A stretch of 64,000 nucleotides of DNA from an uncultured Planctomycetota bacterium (lineage in GTDB: Bacteria; Planctomycetota; Planctomycetia; Gemmatales; Gemmataceae): NCBI GenBank assembly GCA_963849325.1, contig CAWKHF010000012.1:928001-992000 (forward strand). The letters are read 5' to 3'. How positions within the stretch are numbered: the first letter of the stretch is position 1; every line of letters begins with the position of its first letter. The notes under the pieces were generated by a model. That model made no database searches and had not been told where the DNA came from. It worked only from the letters and a program-made list of their open reading frames with translations. Below are positions 31,976 to 42,511 of the stretch, piece by piece. Both the position numbers and the translations under genes were made by a program.

Positions 31976-32338
31976 CAGCGTCGGCGTCCTGCCGAAGATT
32001 TCGCCGCCTCCGTGCGGCGACCAGGGGCGCTCATTGCCGCCCCCTGGACCCCCGGCTAGCCTCTCTCTGTTCCGGGAGGAAGAGAGGAGACTAACGCCGA
32101 GAAAAGGTGATTTTCCTCTTGACGAGTGGCCTGGCATCATAGAAGCAACCGGCTCACGCGGGACGAGCGTAAGGACTTGACGCACCGCTCAAGGGATGCC
32201 GGCATGACGGGCCGCTTCGGGATCGATAGGCCGCAGCGCCTCGGCGGCAGTCCGACGCCAGGGGTCTTCACACTTGAGTCGGTTTCGACCAACGCTTTCC
32301 GCGTCGGATCATACGGCTTCGCGGTCCCAGCGGATTGC

Positions 32339-32768
32339 TCAAGGATCGAAACGCGCCCGCAGGTGCGGAGGCATCAGCGGGCACACGTCCGCTGGGCGAG
32401 CGAAGAGACGATGGCGGACACGGGCGAGGCCGTCATAGAGACGGTCGCGGATGACGGCGGGGACCAGGACGAGCAATCCGGACAGCACACGCCAGACGCC
32501 GCCCAGACGTCGCAGGATGTGCAGCACCGCGGCCGAGCGCAGTCAACAGCAGCCCGTTCTCGGTTCGCACCACGAGGCTGAGTGGCAGGGCCGCACGCTC
32601 GTTCTCGGAGACCAGCGCCGCAAACGTCTCGCCCTGCAGCGGCGCGAAACGGAAGGCCGTCCCTGCCGCATCCACGGCCAAGATCCAGCGAACGGATCGA
32701 TGGCAAAAGCCGCAATGACCATCGTAAAAGATAGTCTCCGTGCCGACGGGCGACGGACGAAGGGTCAT
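32339..32768 (-). CDS. DCC1/DUF393 thiol-disulfide oxidoreductase-like protein (frameshift near 32535)
   Basis: IFYDGHCGFCHRSV, FAPLQG, RDRLYD..ARVRHRLF. Confidence 0.85.
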
Positions 32769-33047
32769 GGACGGGGAGCCTCCCAACAACGACGCTATGC
32801 GAGTTCGCCACGTCTGACCGATCCTACCCGCCAAGTCGCCCATTGGCACCAAACTTTTCAAACCGCGTCCAGAATCGACGAATCTCCCGTCGGCCGATTC
32901 CACTGGAAAAAATCGCTCCGGTGTTGTAAGACGTGCCACTCGCAAGATCGTTGTCACGAAAAGGGAAATGGGCCTAGCGCAAGCTCCAGGGACCATCTGT
33001 CCGAGTACCAGCGGCCAACGGCACTCGATCAGGCAAGGAGGAGAGCC

Positions 33048-33263
33048 ATGAAACGCTACCGATGGGCCCTGGCGACGGCCGGCGTGTTGTTGCTGACCGG
33101 CTGGGTACTGTGCCAGATAGGCTGGCTGGCGCCATCGGGCCGAGACGTCGCGCCGGCGCGGGTCCAGAGCGCCGACCCGCTGGATTCGCCGGCTGGCTGG
33201 CGCTACCGCCAGAGCCTGCCGCACCACTGGCGCTACTGCGTGCTGAATAATATAAGTCGGTAA
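33048..33263 (+). CDS. Small (71 aa) signal-peptide/TM protein
   Basis: AGGAGGA RBS, MKRYRW followed by a hydrophobic stretch. Confidence 0.6.
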   Translation: MKRYRWALATAGVLLLTGWVLCQIGWLAPSGRDVAPARVQSADPLDSPAGWRYRQSLPHHWRYCVLNNISR

Positions 33264-33287
33264 ACGACGACGAATCGGAAGGGGCCG

Positions 33288-35060
33288 TCAACGGCGGAAC
33301 GTCCGCCTCACCTGCAAGGTAGGAGGGACGGGCTGGGGAGCGAGTCGCGGCGCTTCCCGGATCGTCGTTTTCTCTTCCCACAACCGCGGCGGCCCAGGTT
33401 CAGCGCGTCCGTCCGTCAGTTCCACGCGCAGTCTTGCCTCGCCGACTTTCTTCGCCTCCACCTCGACCGTGTACGTCGTCTCCTGCCCCGCGTCCAGCGC
33501 CGGCAGAGGATCGAAGCGGATGGTCTGTCCATCCCTCTGGGCCGTGGTCGGACCGCGCTGGCCGAGCACGGCCATTTCCTCGGGGACCGTGATGACGAGG
33601 GTAGGGCGGAGGAAGGCCGTCCGATCGGGGTTGAGGAGACGGAGCGTGTAAACGGCCCTCTGGCCCACGTCGAGCGGATCGCCGCTCTTGTCGATCTCGA
33701 CCGTGGGGCCGGAGGCAGACTCGAAGCGCGTCTCGACGAGAGCGTGGGCGGACAGATCGTGCTCGGCCTTAACGCGGGCCATGTTGCCGAAGCGTCCGGG
33801 ACGCGGAGCGCGGAGGACCACTTGCAGCACACGCCGCTCGCCTGGCGGCAAGCTGCCCAGCGACCAGCGCACGTGGCCACCCTCGACCCGGCCACCCGCG
33901 CCTGGCGCTGAGGAATTCGATCCCGGACGGCAGTTCGTCGGACACCTGCACGCCGTTGGCCGGCATCGTTCCGGGATTGCTGACGGTGATCTGGTACGCC
34001 GCCGGTCGATGGACCAGCCGTCGCTGCGGCCCGGTCTTGAGGAGGGACAACTTCGCTTCGCCAACGGTGATGCTGGCACTGGCCTTCTGGCGCACGCCGC
34101 CGGCGGCGGTTACTTCCGCCTTGTCGTGGAACGTGCCGATCTGCTTCGAGATGGCCTGGTATTCGATGCGCCGCGTCTGCCCAGCAGCCAGGTCGCCCAG
34201 CTTCCAGGTCAACGGCGCCTCCGGCTTGGGATCGGGACTGCCCTTGACGACGCCGATGAACTCCAGACCCTTCGGCAGTTCGTCGGTCAAGACGACGTCG
34301 CGGGCCAGGGACGGCCCCGTGTTCGTGACTTCGAGGCGGAAGGTGATCGACTCGTGCAGCAGCGCCTGTGCCGGCGCGGTGACGCGCAGGCGGACGCCAG
34401 GACGGGCGATGCGCGTCTTGACCGTCTGCCCGTGCTCGAACTGGACGTAGGCGCTGTTCTGGACCTCGTCGGTCCCGGCGGGGTTGATGTCCAGCACGAT
34501 CTCCTTCCGCTCGCCCGGCTTCAACGTACCGAGTTCCCAGAGCAGGTCGGTCGCGCCGGCCTTGGTCGGTGTCTTCTGCTCCGGCTTCGGCTCGGCGCGG
34601 ACGAAGCGGGTGCCGGCGGGCAGACGGTCGCGGACCAGGACGTGATGCGCCGCGGCCCGCGAGACGTTCTCGATCGTGAGTCGATATTCGATGTCCTTGT
34701 CGGGCTGGATTTGCGCGGGGCGCGGACGCGCAGACGGACGATCGGCACGGGCGGGTCCATCGGCTGCGGCCCGAGCGGCATCCCCGGAAAGGGGACCGTC
34801 TCATCCGGCGTCACGGGCGTGGGCGGTGGGGCCGTGAAGGGCGGCGTGGGCGAATCGGGTGGCGTGGGAGGCATGGGCGCTTCGGCGAGCGGTGGCTCGC
34901 CCGGCACGGCCGCCGGCGCCATCCACGGCTGCGCGACGGAGCACTCAGGGATCGGCCACGATACGGCCTGACCACGGCTGACGAGAAGGACCGGCGCCAG
35001 CAACAGTCCGAGAAGCATCGCCAGTCCCGCCATCCGTGCGGAGGGTTGCCATCCGTTCAT
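33288..35060 (-). CDS. DUF11 repeat-containing secreted protein (frameshifts near 34710, 34525 and 33900)
   Basis: Signal peptide, Pro-rich region, repeated (Y/F).(I/L).V.N.G...A.dV.(L/V).D.LP.G..F and W.LG.L..GE units. Confidence 0.8.
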
Positions 35061-35376
35061 AGCGCCTGTCCTCTTCTCCGAACGGCCTTTCCTTCGTGTG
35101 CCCGCATTGCCGGGCGCGGCCGCCCATTGTCGCTTTTCGCGCGCTTTTTGTCTGCACAAGTTCTCGCCGGAAAGGTCTGGTTATCCTCGCCCACTTTGCC
35201 TAGACGCTGCTTTTCGCCGCGCAGAGGCACTCGACGACTCGACCGATCGCGCCGGCGTCCGCCCGATTCGTCGCGGCGAATTCCAGGCTGTGCCGTTGCC
35301 GCGGCTGAGCCGGACTGCTACAACCGGATAGAATGTGCTCATCATCCGTCGGAATTCATCGAGACGAGGCACCCTG

Positions 35377-36692
35377 ATGCACCCCCCGCTTCCTCCTCCG
35401 CACCGCGACCCGGATCACCCCGGCGAATCGTTCGCCCTCGACGCTCGGGACGACAAGGAACTGGAGTCCGGTCCCCTGGCCATCGTCGGCGGCTGCGGCC
35501 ACGTCGGCCTGCCGCTGGCCCTGGCCTTCGCCGCGCAAGGGCTACTCGGTCGATCTGCTCGACACTTCCGCCGAGCGCGTGGCCCTGGTCAACAGCGGCC
35601 GCATGCCGTTCCACGAGGACGACGCCGAGCCGCTGCTGGCCGAGTCCATCCGCAACGGCCGCATCAAGGCGACGACCGACTCCGCCGTCCTCGAAGACGC
35701 CGCCGCCATCATCGTCACCATCGGCACGCCGGTCGATGAATACCTCGATCCCGTCCGTCGGCGAGTTCGATCGCGCCCTGACGCGAGCTGCTGCACCAGG
35801 TCCGGCCCGGCCAGCTGCTCGTCCTGCGCAGCACCGTCTTCCCCGGCATGACCGATCGCCTGGCCCGCCAACTCGAACAGCTCGGCCGCTCCGACGTGGA
35901 TCTGGCCTACTGTCCCGAGCGCATCGTGCAGGGCAAATCGCTGATCGAGCTGGAGCAGTTGCCGCAGCTGGTCGCCGGCGCCACGCCGCGCGCGGCCCGC
36001 CGGGCCGCGGCCCTGTTCCGCATCATCTGCCCCAAGGTGCTGTTTCTGCGGCCCGTCGAGGCGGAGTTGGCCAAGCTGTTCTGCAACGCCTGGCGCTACA
36101 TCAACTTCGCCATCGCCAACCAGTTCTACGTCATGGCCCAGCACTTCGAGGCCGACTTCCACACCATCTACCACGCCCTGCGCGAGGACTATCCGCGCAT
36201 GCAGTCGCTGGCCCGGCCCGGGCTTCGCCGCCGGCCCTTGTCTGCTCAAGGACACCATGCAGCTGGGCGCCTTCAATCACGGCTCGTTCGTCCTCGGCCA
36301 GGCGGCCATGATGATTAACGAAGGGCTGCCCTATCTCGTCGTGCAGGACATCAAGCGCGCCTACCCGCTGGCGGAGATGACCGTCGGCATCCTCGGCATG
36401 GCGTTCAAGCCGGACAGCGACGATCCGCGTTCGTCGCTGTCGTACAAGCTGCGCAAGGTGCTGCTGCTGGAGTGCAAGCGCGTCCTCTGCACCGATCCCT
36501 ACGTCCCCGATCCCGGAGCTGACGCCGCTGGCCGAAGTGCTCGATCAGGCCGACCTGCTCATCGTCGGCACGCCGCACGACTGCTACCGCGACCTGACGT
36601 GCCGCCAGCCGATCCTCGACATCACCGGCACGATCCAGAAAGCGGTCGGCGATCGGCCATCCGCGATCAACCAACGAGCGGAGTTGGCATGA
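35377..36692 (+). CDS. Nucleotide-sugar dehydrogenase (UDP-ManNAc/GlcNAc dehydrogenase family; several frameshifts)
   Basis: IVGGCGHVGLPLA, IGTPVD, LRSTV.PG, YCPERIVQG, AELAKLFCN, GPCL.KD, GILGMAFK; TGA overlaps the next ATG. Confidence 0.85.
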
Positions 36693-37709
36693 AAATACTG
36701 GTCACCGGCGCGGCCGGCTTCATCGGCGGCTATCTGGTGGAAGAGCTGTTGCAGGCCGGCCACGAAGTGATCGGCCTCGACAATTTCTCCAAGTACGGCC
36801 CGCTCCAGCAGGCATCTCTCGAACATCCCGCCTATCGCTTCGTCGAGGGCGACGCCAAGGACGTCGGCCTGCTGACGTCGCTGATGGCCGACGTGGACCA
36901 GGTCGTCGCCGGGGCCGCGCGCATCGGCGGCATCAGCTATTTTCACGAGTTCGCTTACGACTTGCTGGCCGAGAACGAGCGTCTGACGGCGGCCGTCTTC
37001 GACGCGGCCCTCGCCGCTTTCCACCGCGGCACGTCTGAAAAAGATCAACGTCATCAGCTCGTCGATGGTGTTCGAGAACGCGACGGTATGGCCGACGCCG
37101 GAGGGCGAGCAGCGCCGCTGTCCGCCGCCGCACTCGACCTACGGCTTCCAGAAGCTGGCGACCGAATACTACGCCCAGGGCGCCTGGGAGCAGTATCAGC
37201 TGCCGTACACGATCGTCCGGCCGTTCAACTGCGTCGGCGTCGGCGAGCGGCGGGCGCTGTGCGAGAAGGAGGTCCTCAGCGGCAACGTGCGCCTGGCCAT
37301 GAGCCACGTCGTGCCGGACCTGATCCAGAAGGTGCTCAAGGGCCAGGATCCGCTGCACCTCCTCGGCGACGGCCGGCAGGTGCGTCACTACACCTACGGC
37401 GCCGACCTGGCTCGCGGCATCCGCCTGTGCATCGAGCGGCCCGAGGCGGTCAACGAGGACTTCAACCTCAGCACGGCCGAATCGACGACGGTGCTCGATC
37501 TGGCCCGCATGATCTGGGACAAGCTGCGGCCCGGCGATCCGTTCCGCTACGTCAGCGATCCGCCCTACCCCTACGACGTGCAGAAGCGCGTGCCCGCCGT
37601 CGAGAAGGCCGAGCGCTTGCTCGGCTTCCGCGCTACCACGCCTCTGAGCGACATCCTCGACGTCGTCATCCCCTGGGTCCGCCAGCAGGTGGAATACGGC
37701 AACATCTAA
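36689..37709 (+). CDS. NAD-dependent epimerase/dehydratase (frameshift near 37035)
   Basis: MKILVTGAAGFIG, SSSMV, YGFQK (YxxxK), RPFNCVG. Confidence 0.9.
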
Positions 37710-37712
37710 AGA

Positions 37713-37793
37713 GAGGGAATAGGGAATAGGGAATAGATAGGAAGCGAGAAATGCTGGGTTCCCTATTCCCTATTCCCTATTCCCTATTCCCTA
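37713..37793. repeat. Second inverted heptamer-repeat pair: (TAGGGAA)~3 ... (TTCCCTA)5
   Basis: Same unit as 6151-6284; fills the intergenic space and ends 3 nt before ATG 37797. Confidence 0.95.
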
Positions 37794-37796
37794 CTT

Positions 37797-38528
37797 ATGA
37801 TTTCCCTCGTCGTGCCGGTCTACAACGAAGCGGACAACATCGTGCTGTTTCTGCGCGACGTGGAGGAGCGCGGTCGGGGAGCCGCACGAGGTACTCATCG
37901 TCTACGATTTCCCCGAGGACAATACCTTGCCGGCGCTCGCGGCCCTGACGCCGCCGTGTCCGAGCGTGCGCCTGGTACACAACACGCTGGGCCGCGGCGT
38001 GCTCAACGCCATCAAGGCGGGCTTCCAGGCCAGCAAGGGCGACGTCGTCATCGTCATGATGGCCGATCGCTCCGACGATCCGCACAGCGGTGACGCCGAT
38101 GGCGCGGCTGGTGCGCGACGGGGGCGGACGTGGTGGCCGGCTCGCGCTACGTCCGCGGCGGACGCCAGGAAGGCGGGCCTCTGCTCAAGCGGACGCTGTC
38201 GCGCCTGGCCGGCATGTCGCTGCACTACCTCGCCGGCCTGCCCATCCACGACGCCACCAATAATTTCCGCGCCTACAGCCGCCGCGTCATCGAGCAGATC
38301 CCGATCGAGGGAGAAGCGAGCTTCGCCGTCGCCCTGGAACTGACCCTGAAAGCCCACTGGCGCGGCTGGCGCCTGGCCGAGGTGCCGACGACCTGGCGCG
38401 ACCGCACGGCCGGACAATCGCGCTTCCGTCTGTGGGCCTGGCTGCCGCACTATCTGCGCTGGTATCTGCGTGCGCTGGCCCGCGCCTGGCTCGGCGGTGG
38501 GCGGGAGCAATACCGTCCACCGTGCTGA
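37797..38528 (+). CDS. GT2 (DPM1-like) glycosyltransferase (frameshifts near 37875 and 38085-38125)
   Basis: ISLVVPVYNEADNI, MMAD.SDD, VAGSRY, HDATNNFRAY. Confidence 0.88.
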
Positions 38529-38584
38529 GGGCCGTTATCCTCTTGCCGCTCGGGGTCACGTTCCATTAGAAGCTGTAACTTTTT

Positions 38585-38649
38585 GGCGAGCGGGGGCGTA
38601 AGCCCCCTGTTTTTCGCCGTCAACAGGGGGCTTACGCCCCCCGCTCGCC
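38585..38649. repeat. REP-like palindrome family A
   Basis: GGCGAGCGGGGGCGTAAGCCCCCTGTT...AACAGGGGGCTTACGCCCCCCGCTCGCC; related copy at 41224-41296. Confidence 0.8.
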
Positions 38650-38730
38650 TATTTGGTTAGTGCCTCTTATTCCCCCGGCGGCCCGGAAGTTCCGCATGGA
38701 GGACGGCCTTCCCAGGCCGTCCCGGACGGG

Positions 38731-39132
38731 CTAGGGAGTCTTGCGCGTTCGTCCGGCCTTGGTCCGTGCCTTGTTGTCCGTGTGATCGCCGAGACTGCCA
38801 ACGGATTCGGCCACCAGGTCTTCTTCCTCATCCGAACTCATCACCGGAACATGGGTCATGTTGCGGACCTTCTCTTCCATCTCCTTGCCGGGCTTGAAAG
38901 TGACGACGTTCTTAGGCGGAACGTCCACGCGTGCGCCGGTGCGCGGATTGCGCGCTTTTCGTGCCTTGCGCTGCTTGACCTCGAAGACGCCGAAATTGCG
39001 TAACTCGATTCGGCCGACCTCCAGCAGCGTATCGACGATGGCGTCGAAGGTCTGCTGCACGATCTCCTTGGTCTTCAGCTGCGTCAGGCCGATGCGATCC
39101 GATATTTGCTTGACGATCTCTTTCTTGGTCAC
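38731..39132 (-). CDS. HU/IHF-family DNA-binding protein
   Basis: [30 protein letters not shown]. Confidence 0.93.
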   Translation of the reverse strand: MTKKEIVKQISDRIGLTQLKTKEIVQQTFDAIVDTLLEVGRIELRNFGVFEVKQRKARKARNPRTGARVDVPPKNVVTFKPGKEMEEKVRNMTHVPVMSSDEEEDLVAESVGSLGDHTDNKARTKAGRTRKTP

Positions 39133-39192
39133 GGGTCCCTTCTCCTGCAGAACGTGCCGGTCGAGCCGGCCAGACCATCATGGAGTGTTTCA

Positions 39193-39221
39193 ACTGTAAA
39201 GATGGCAATACTTAATGTCAA
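39193..39221 (-). promoter_or_regulatory. Sigma70 promoter of the HU/IHF gene
   Basis: Minus strand TTGACA-17 nt-TACAGT. Confidence 0.6.
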
Positions 39222-39382
39222 GGCAAAAGGCGGGGCCGAATGGCGGAGTTGGGAGGACATCCGGATACCCGAGCCCGGCCGAATCTGCTAAGACAACGGA
39301 ACAGGGCCGCGAGCATCCGCCAACGGGCCGTCCACCGCTCGCGGCTCGGACAACGGCCTGTCGAAGGGAGACGTCAGACGGC

Positions 39383-41213
39383 ATGAACGCGAAAGGCGAG
39401 TTGGGTGATTTCACGGCCGAAGCGCGGCTGGTATGGATTTCGGGCATCGCCATCGGCATCGGCGCCTTGCTGCGCCGTCGTTGCCTGGCTGCTGCAGCGG
39501 TTGATCTATTTCTTCACCAACATCTTCTACTATCACGAGCTGGGATTCGGCCACCACCCGAACCTGTGGGAGCAGGCCAAGGCCTTGGGACCGCTCGCCA
39601 TTGTCATCCCGATCGTGGGCGGACTGATCATCGGCCTGATGGCCCGCTACGGCTCCGAGCGCATCCGCGGCCACGGCATCCCCGAAGCCCTGGAAGCGAT
39701 CCTGATCGGCCGGAGCCGCATGTCGCCGAAGGTGGCGGTGCTCAAGCCGCTGTCGTCGGCCATCTCGATCGGCTCGGGCGGGCCGTTCGGCGCCGAAGGG
39801 CCGATCATCATGACCGGCGGAGCGTGCGGCTCGCTGATCGCCCAGGTGTTCCAGCTGACCGCCGCCGAGCGCAAGACCCTGCTGGTGGCCGGCGCGGCGG
39901 GAGGCATGACCGCGACGTTCGGCACTCCCGTCGCCGCCGTGTTGCTCGCCGTCGAATTACTGCTGTTCGAGTGGAAGCCGCGCAGCCTGCTGCCGGTCGC
40001 CCTGGCCTGCGCCATGGCCCTGATGGTTCGTCCCGGCCTGGGACTGGAAGGCCCGCCGTTGTTCGTGGTCCCACCGCACCATCCGCTGGACCTGCTCGGC
40101 CTGTCCTCGGCGGGCGTGGTCGGCGTCTTGGCGGGCATCTTCGCCCTGTTGCTGACCCTGTCGGTCTATACCTGGGAGGACCTCTTTCACCGCCTGCCGA
40201 TCCATTGGATGTGGTGGCCGGCCCTGGGCGGACTGGCCATCGGCGTCGGCGGCTATTATCAACCGCGCGCCCTCGGCGTCGGCTATGACATCATTGAAGA
40301 CCTGCTATTGGGTAAATTCGCGGTGGGCGTCCTCATCCCGCTCATTCTCGTCAAGAGCTTCATCTGGTCGTGTTCGCTGGGTTCGGGCACCTCCGGCGGC
40401 GTGCTGGCGCCGCTGCTCATCATGGGCGGCGCCCTGGGGGCACTGATCGCCCGCATTCTGCCCGGCCACGACGCCTCGTTGTGGTCCCTGGTCGGCATGG
40501 CCGCCATCATGGGCGGCACCATGCGCTCGCCCTTCACCGGCATCGTCTTCGCCCTCGAACTGACCTGGGACATCAAGGTCGTGCCGGCCCTGCTGATCGC
40601 CTCGTTCGTGGCCTACGGTTTCACCGTGCTGTTCATGAAGCGGTCGATCCTGACGGAAAAGGTGGCGCGGCGCGGCTATCACATCAGCCGCGAATACAGC
40701 GTCGATCCGCTGGAGCGCTCCAGCGTCGGCGACGTGATGACGCGCAACGTCGTGACCATTCCCGCCGCCATGCCGGTGGCGGAGCTGCTGAAGCGCTATT
40801 TCTTGACCAGCGGAACGCAACGGCACCAGGCGTATCCGGTGGTGGACGAAAAGGACCTGCTCCTCGGTGTCCTGACGCGGCAGAACCTGCTCGAAGATTG
40901 GGTCGCCCGGATGGGCGCCGACCTGCCGTCGGACGTGGCGGCGATGAACGTCATCATCGCTTACGACCTGATCCAGCGGTTGCCGATCACCGCCCATGCC
41001 TGGGAGTCGTGCCGGACGGCGGCGGAGAAAATGGCCGAGGCTGGCGTGGGCCGGCTCATCGTGGTCGCCGACGACAATCCACAGAAGATGATCGGCATCC
41101 TGACGCGGAGCGATTTGCTCAAGCCGCGCGCCCGCGAGGTTGAGGAGGAGATCAAGCGCGAGCGCTTTATCGGCGTGGGCCGCCATGTCGCGGCCGACGA
41201 TGCCGAGGATTGA
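39383..41213 (+). CDS. ClC-family chloride channel/transporter with CBS domains (frameshift near 39468)
   Basis: GHGIPE, GAEGP, GGVLAP, C-terminal CBS pair. Confidence 0.9.
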
Positions 41214-41223
41214 ACGACAGCTG

Positions 41224-41296
41224 CCGGCGAGCGGGGGACGTAAGAGCTAACAGAAAAAACTATCTGAGCAGGGGGCTTACGTCCCCCGCTCGCCGG
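41224..41296. repeat. REP-like palindrome family A, copy 2 (overlaps the DedA stop)
   Basis: CCGGCGAGCGGGGGACGTAAG...CTTACGTCCCCCGCTCGCCGG. Confidence 0.8.
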
Positions 41297-42308
41297 GTTC
41301 GGCTGCCGGCGCCTTGTGCTCGGCGGATTTGTCGGCTTGGTCCTGGTGATTGTCCGCCGTCTCGACGTGCTCGATGTGCGAGGCCACCTGCGAGCCGATC
41401 AGCGGCACCTCCTTGGGGTCGCCGGTAGACACCGGATGGCGGAAAAAGTGCCAGAGCAGGTAGGACACGATCAGGCCGACCACCACGACGATGAGGATGG
41501 GTTTGAGCTTGCCCTCGGCCTGCTCCACCAGGGTCTTGACGGAATCGCCGAGCCAGAAGCCAAGGAAGAAGAAGAAGCTATTGCCGACGACGGCGCCGAT
41601 GCCGTCGGCGAGCAGGAAGCGCGGCAGCGGCAGGCGCATGGAGCCGGCGGTCAAAAACAGCGGCGCGCGGATGCCGGGCACGAGCCGGCCGAAGATCAGC
41701 AGACTGACACCGTAGCGATGGAAATTGTCCTGGGTGCGCTGGCGCCGATGGGGCGGGAGCATATGGGCCATCCAGCGATAATCCAGGAGTCGATCGCCGA
41801 AGTGCCAGCCCAGGCCGTACAAGATGATGTCGCTGAGGACGACGCCGAGAATGCACACCGGCAGCATCACCCACCAGCGGACGCGGACGGTGTCGTCGTC
41901 GGGCATCATCTGACGCTGTTCGACGGCGGGCGCGGCGCCGGCCAGGGCGGCCCAGGGCAGGCCGCCGGGGAAGCCGGCTTGCGGGTTGAAGGCCAGCAGA
42001 CCGGCTACCTCCAGGCCCGTCACTTCCTGAGACGCCAGCGGCCTCTTGTCGACCGAGCGCGCCAGGGCGGCCCAGGGCAGACCGCCCGGAAAACCGGCTT
42101 GCGGGTTGAAGGCCAGCAGACCGGCGACCTCGGCCGGGTCCGGGTAGACCACCGGCACGTCCACGATCGTCGGCTCGGGCGGCAGACGGCCCGCCAGGGC
42201 GCCGGCGCCGACGATGACTACCTCCTCCGGCGCCGGCAGGCCCAGGCCGGCCGCTACCAGGGTCACGAAGAACCCCAGGTAGATCCACACTTCGCCAACT
42301 GACACCAC
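41277..42308 (-). CDS. DedA-family membrane protein with a duplicated 24-aa insert
   Basis: GLPAPEEVVIVGAG, LSDIILYGLG, FGRLVPGIR, FLLADGIGA. Confidence 0.85.
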   Translation of the reverse strand: MVSVGEVWIYLGFFVTLVAAGLGLPAPEEVVIVGAGALAGRLPPEPTIVDVPVVYPDPAEVAGLLAFNPQAGFPGGLPWAALARSVDKRPLASQEVTGLEVAGLLAFNPQAGFPGGLPWAALAGAAPAVEQRQMMPDDDTVRVRWWVMLPVCILGVVLSDIILYGLGWHFGDRLLDYRWMAHMLPPHRRQRTQDNFHRYGVSLLIFGRLVPGIRAPLFLTAGSMRLPLPRFLLADGIGAVVGNSFFFFLGFWLGDSVKTLVEQAEGKLKPILIVVVVGLIVSYLLWHFFRHPVSTGDPKEVPLIGSQVASHIEHVETADNHQDQADKSAEHKAPAAEPGERGT

Positions 42309-42511
42309 GCTGTCACTCCTCCGAACAGTCGCGTCCGCGCTCGCGGGGCGGACGTTTCCTCCGTGTCACTCCTCCGGGCATTAAACATCCCCGGAGCACG
42401 GGCGGAAAGGGCAACGTCCTGCGTCCACGGCAAGCGGGGGCTGGTGGAGGGCCGTTCTGCCTGTTACTCTGTGCGCTGGGCATCGCCCGGCATCCGCAGC
42501 GAGCGAACGTC

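Larger units (their letters stand above)
30691..32145 (+). mobile_element. IS110-family element, IS1111 subtype, inserted at an AG/CT core in an attC-like site
   Basis: Sub-terminal IRs ATGATGCCGGGTTGCTC (30699) and GAGTGGCCTGGCATCAT (ending 32140), 13/17 match; AG at 30691-30692 and 32144-32145; ~345-bp non-coding region after the transposase; TTGACG near the right end. Confidence 0.85.

Noticed and set aside
30691-32143. AGA as a 3-bp target-site duplication for the IS110 element
   Set aside because: An AG core (30691-30692 and 32144-32145) better restores the attC-like arm GGTTGCTGAGC and fits both predicted guides.
32119-32145. Strong circle-junction promoter
   Set aside because: The -35 TTGACG is present, but the predicted junction gives only a poor -10 (GAAGAT/TAGAAG), so it is not called as a feature.
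32843-32860. Sigma54 promoter TGGCACCAAACTTTTC
   Set aside because: It lacks the conserved -12 GC.
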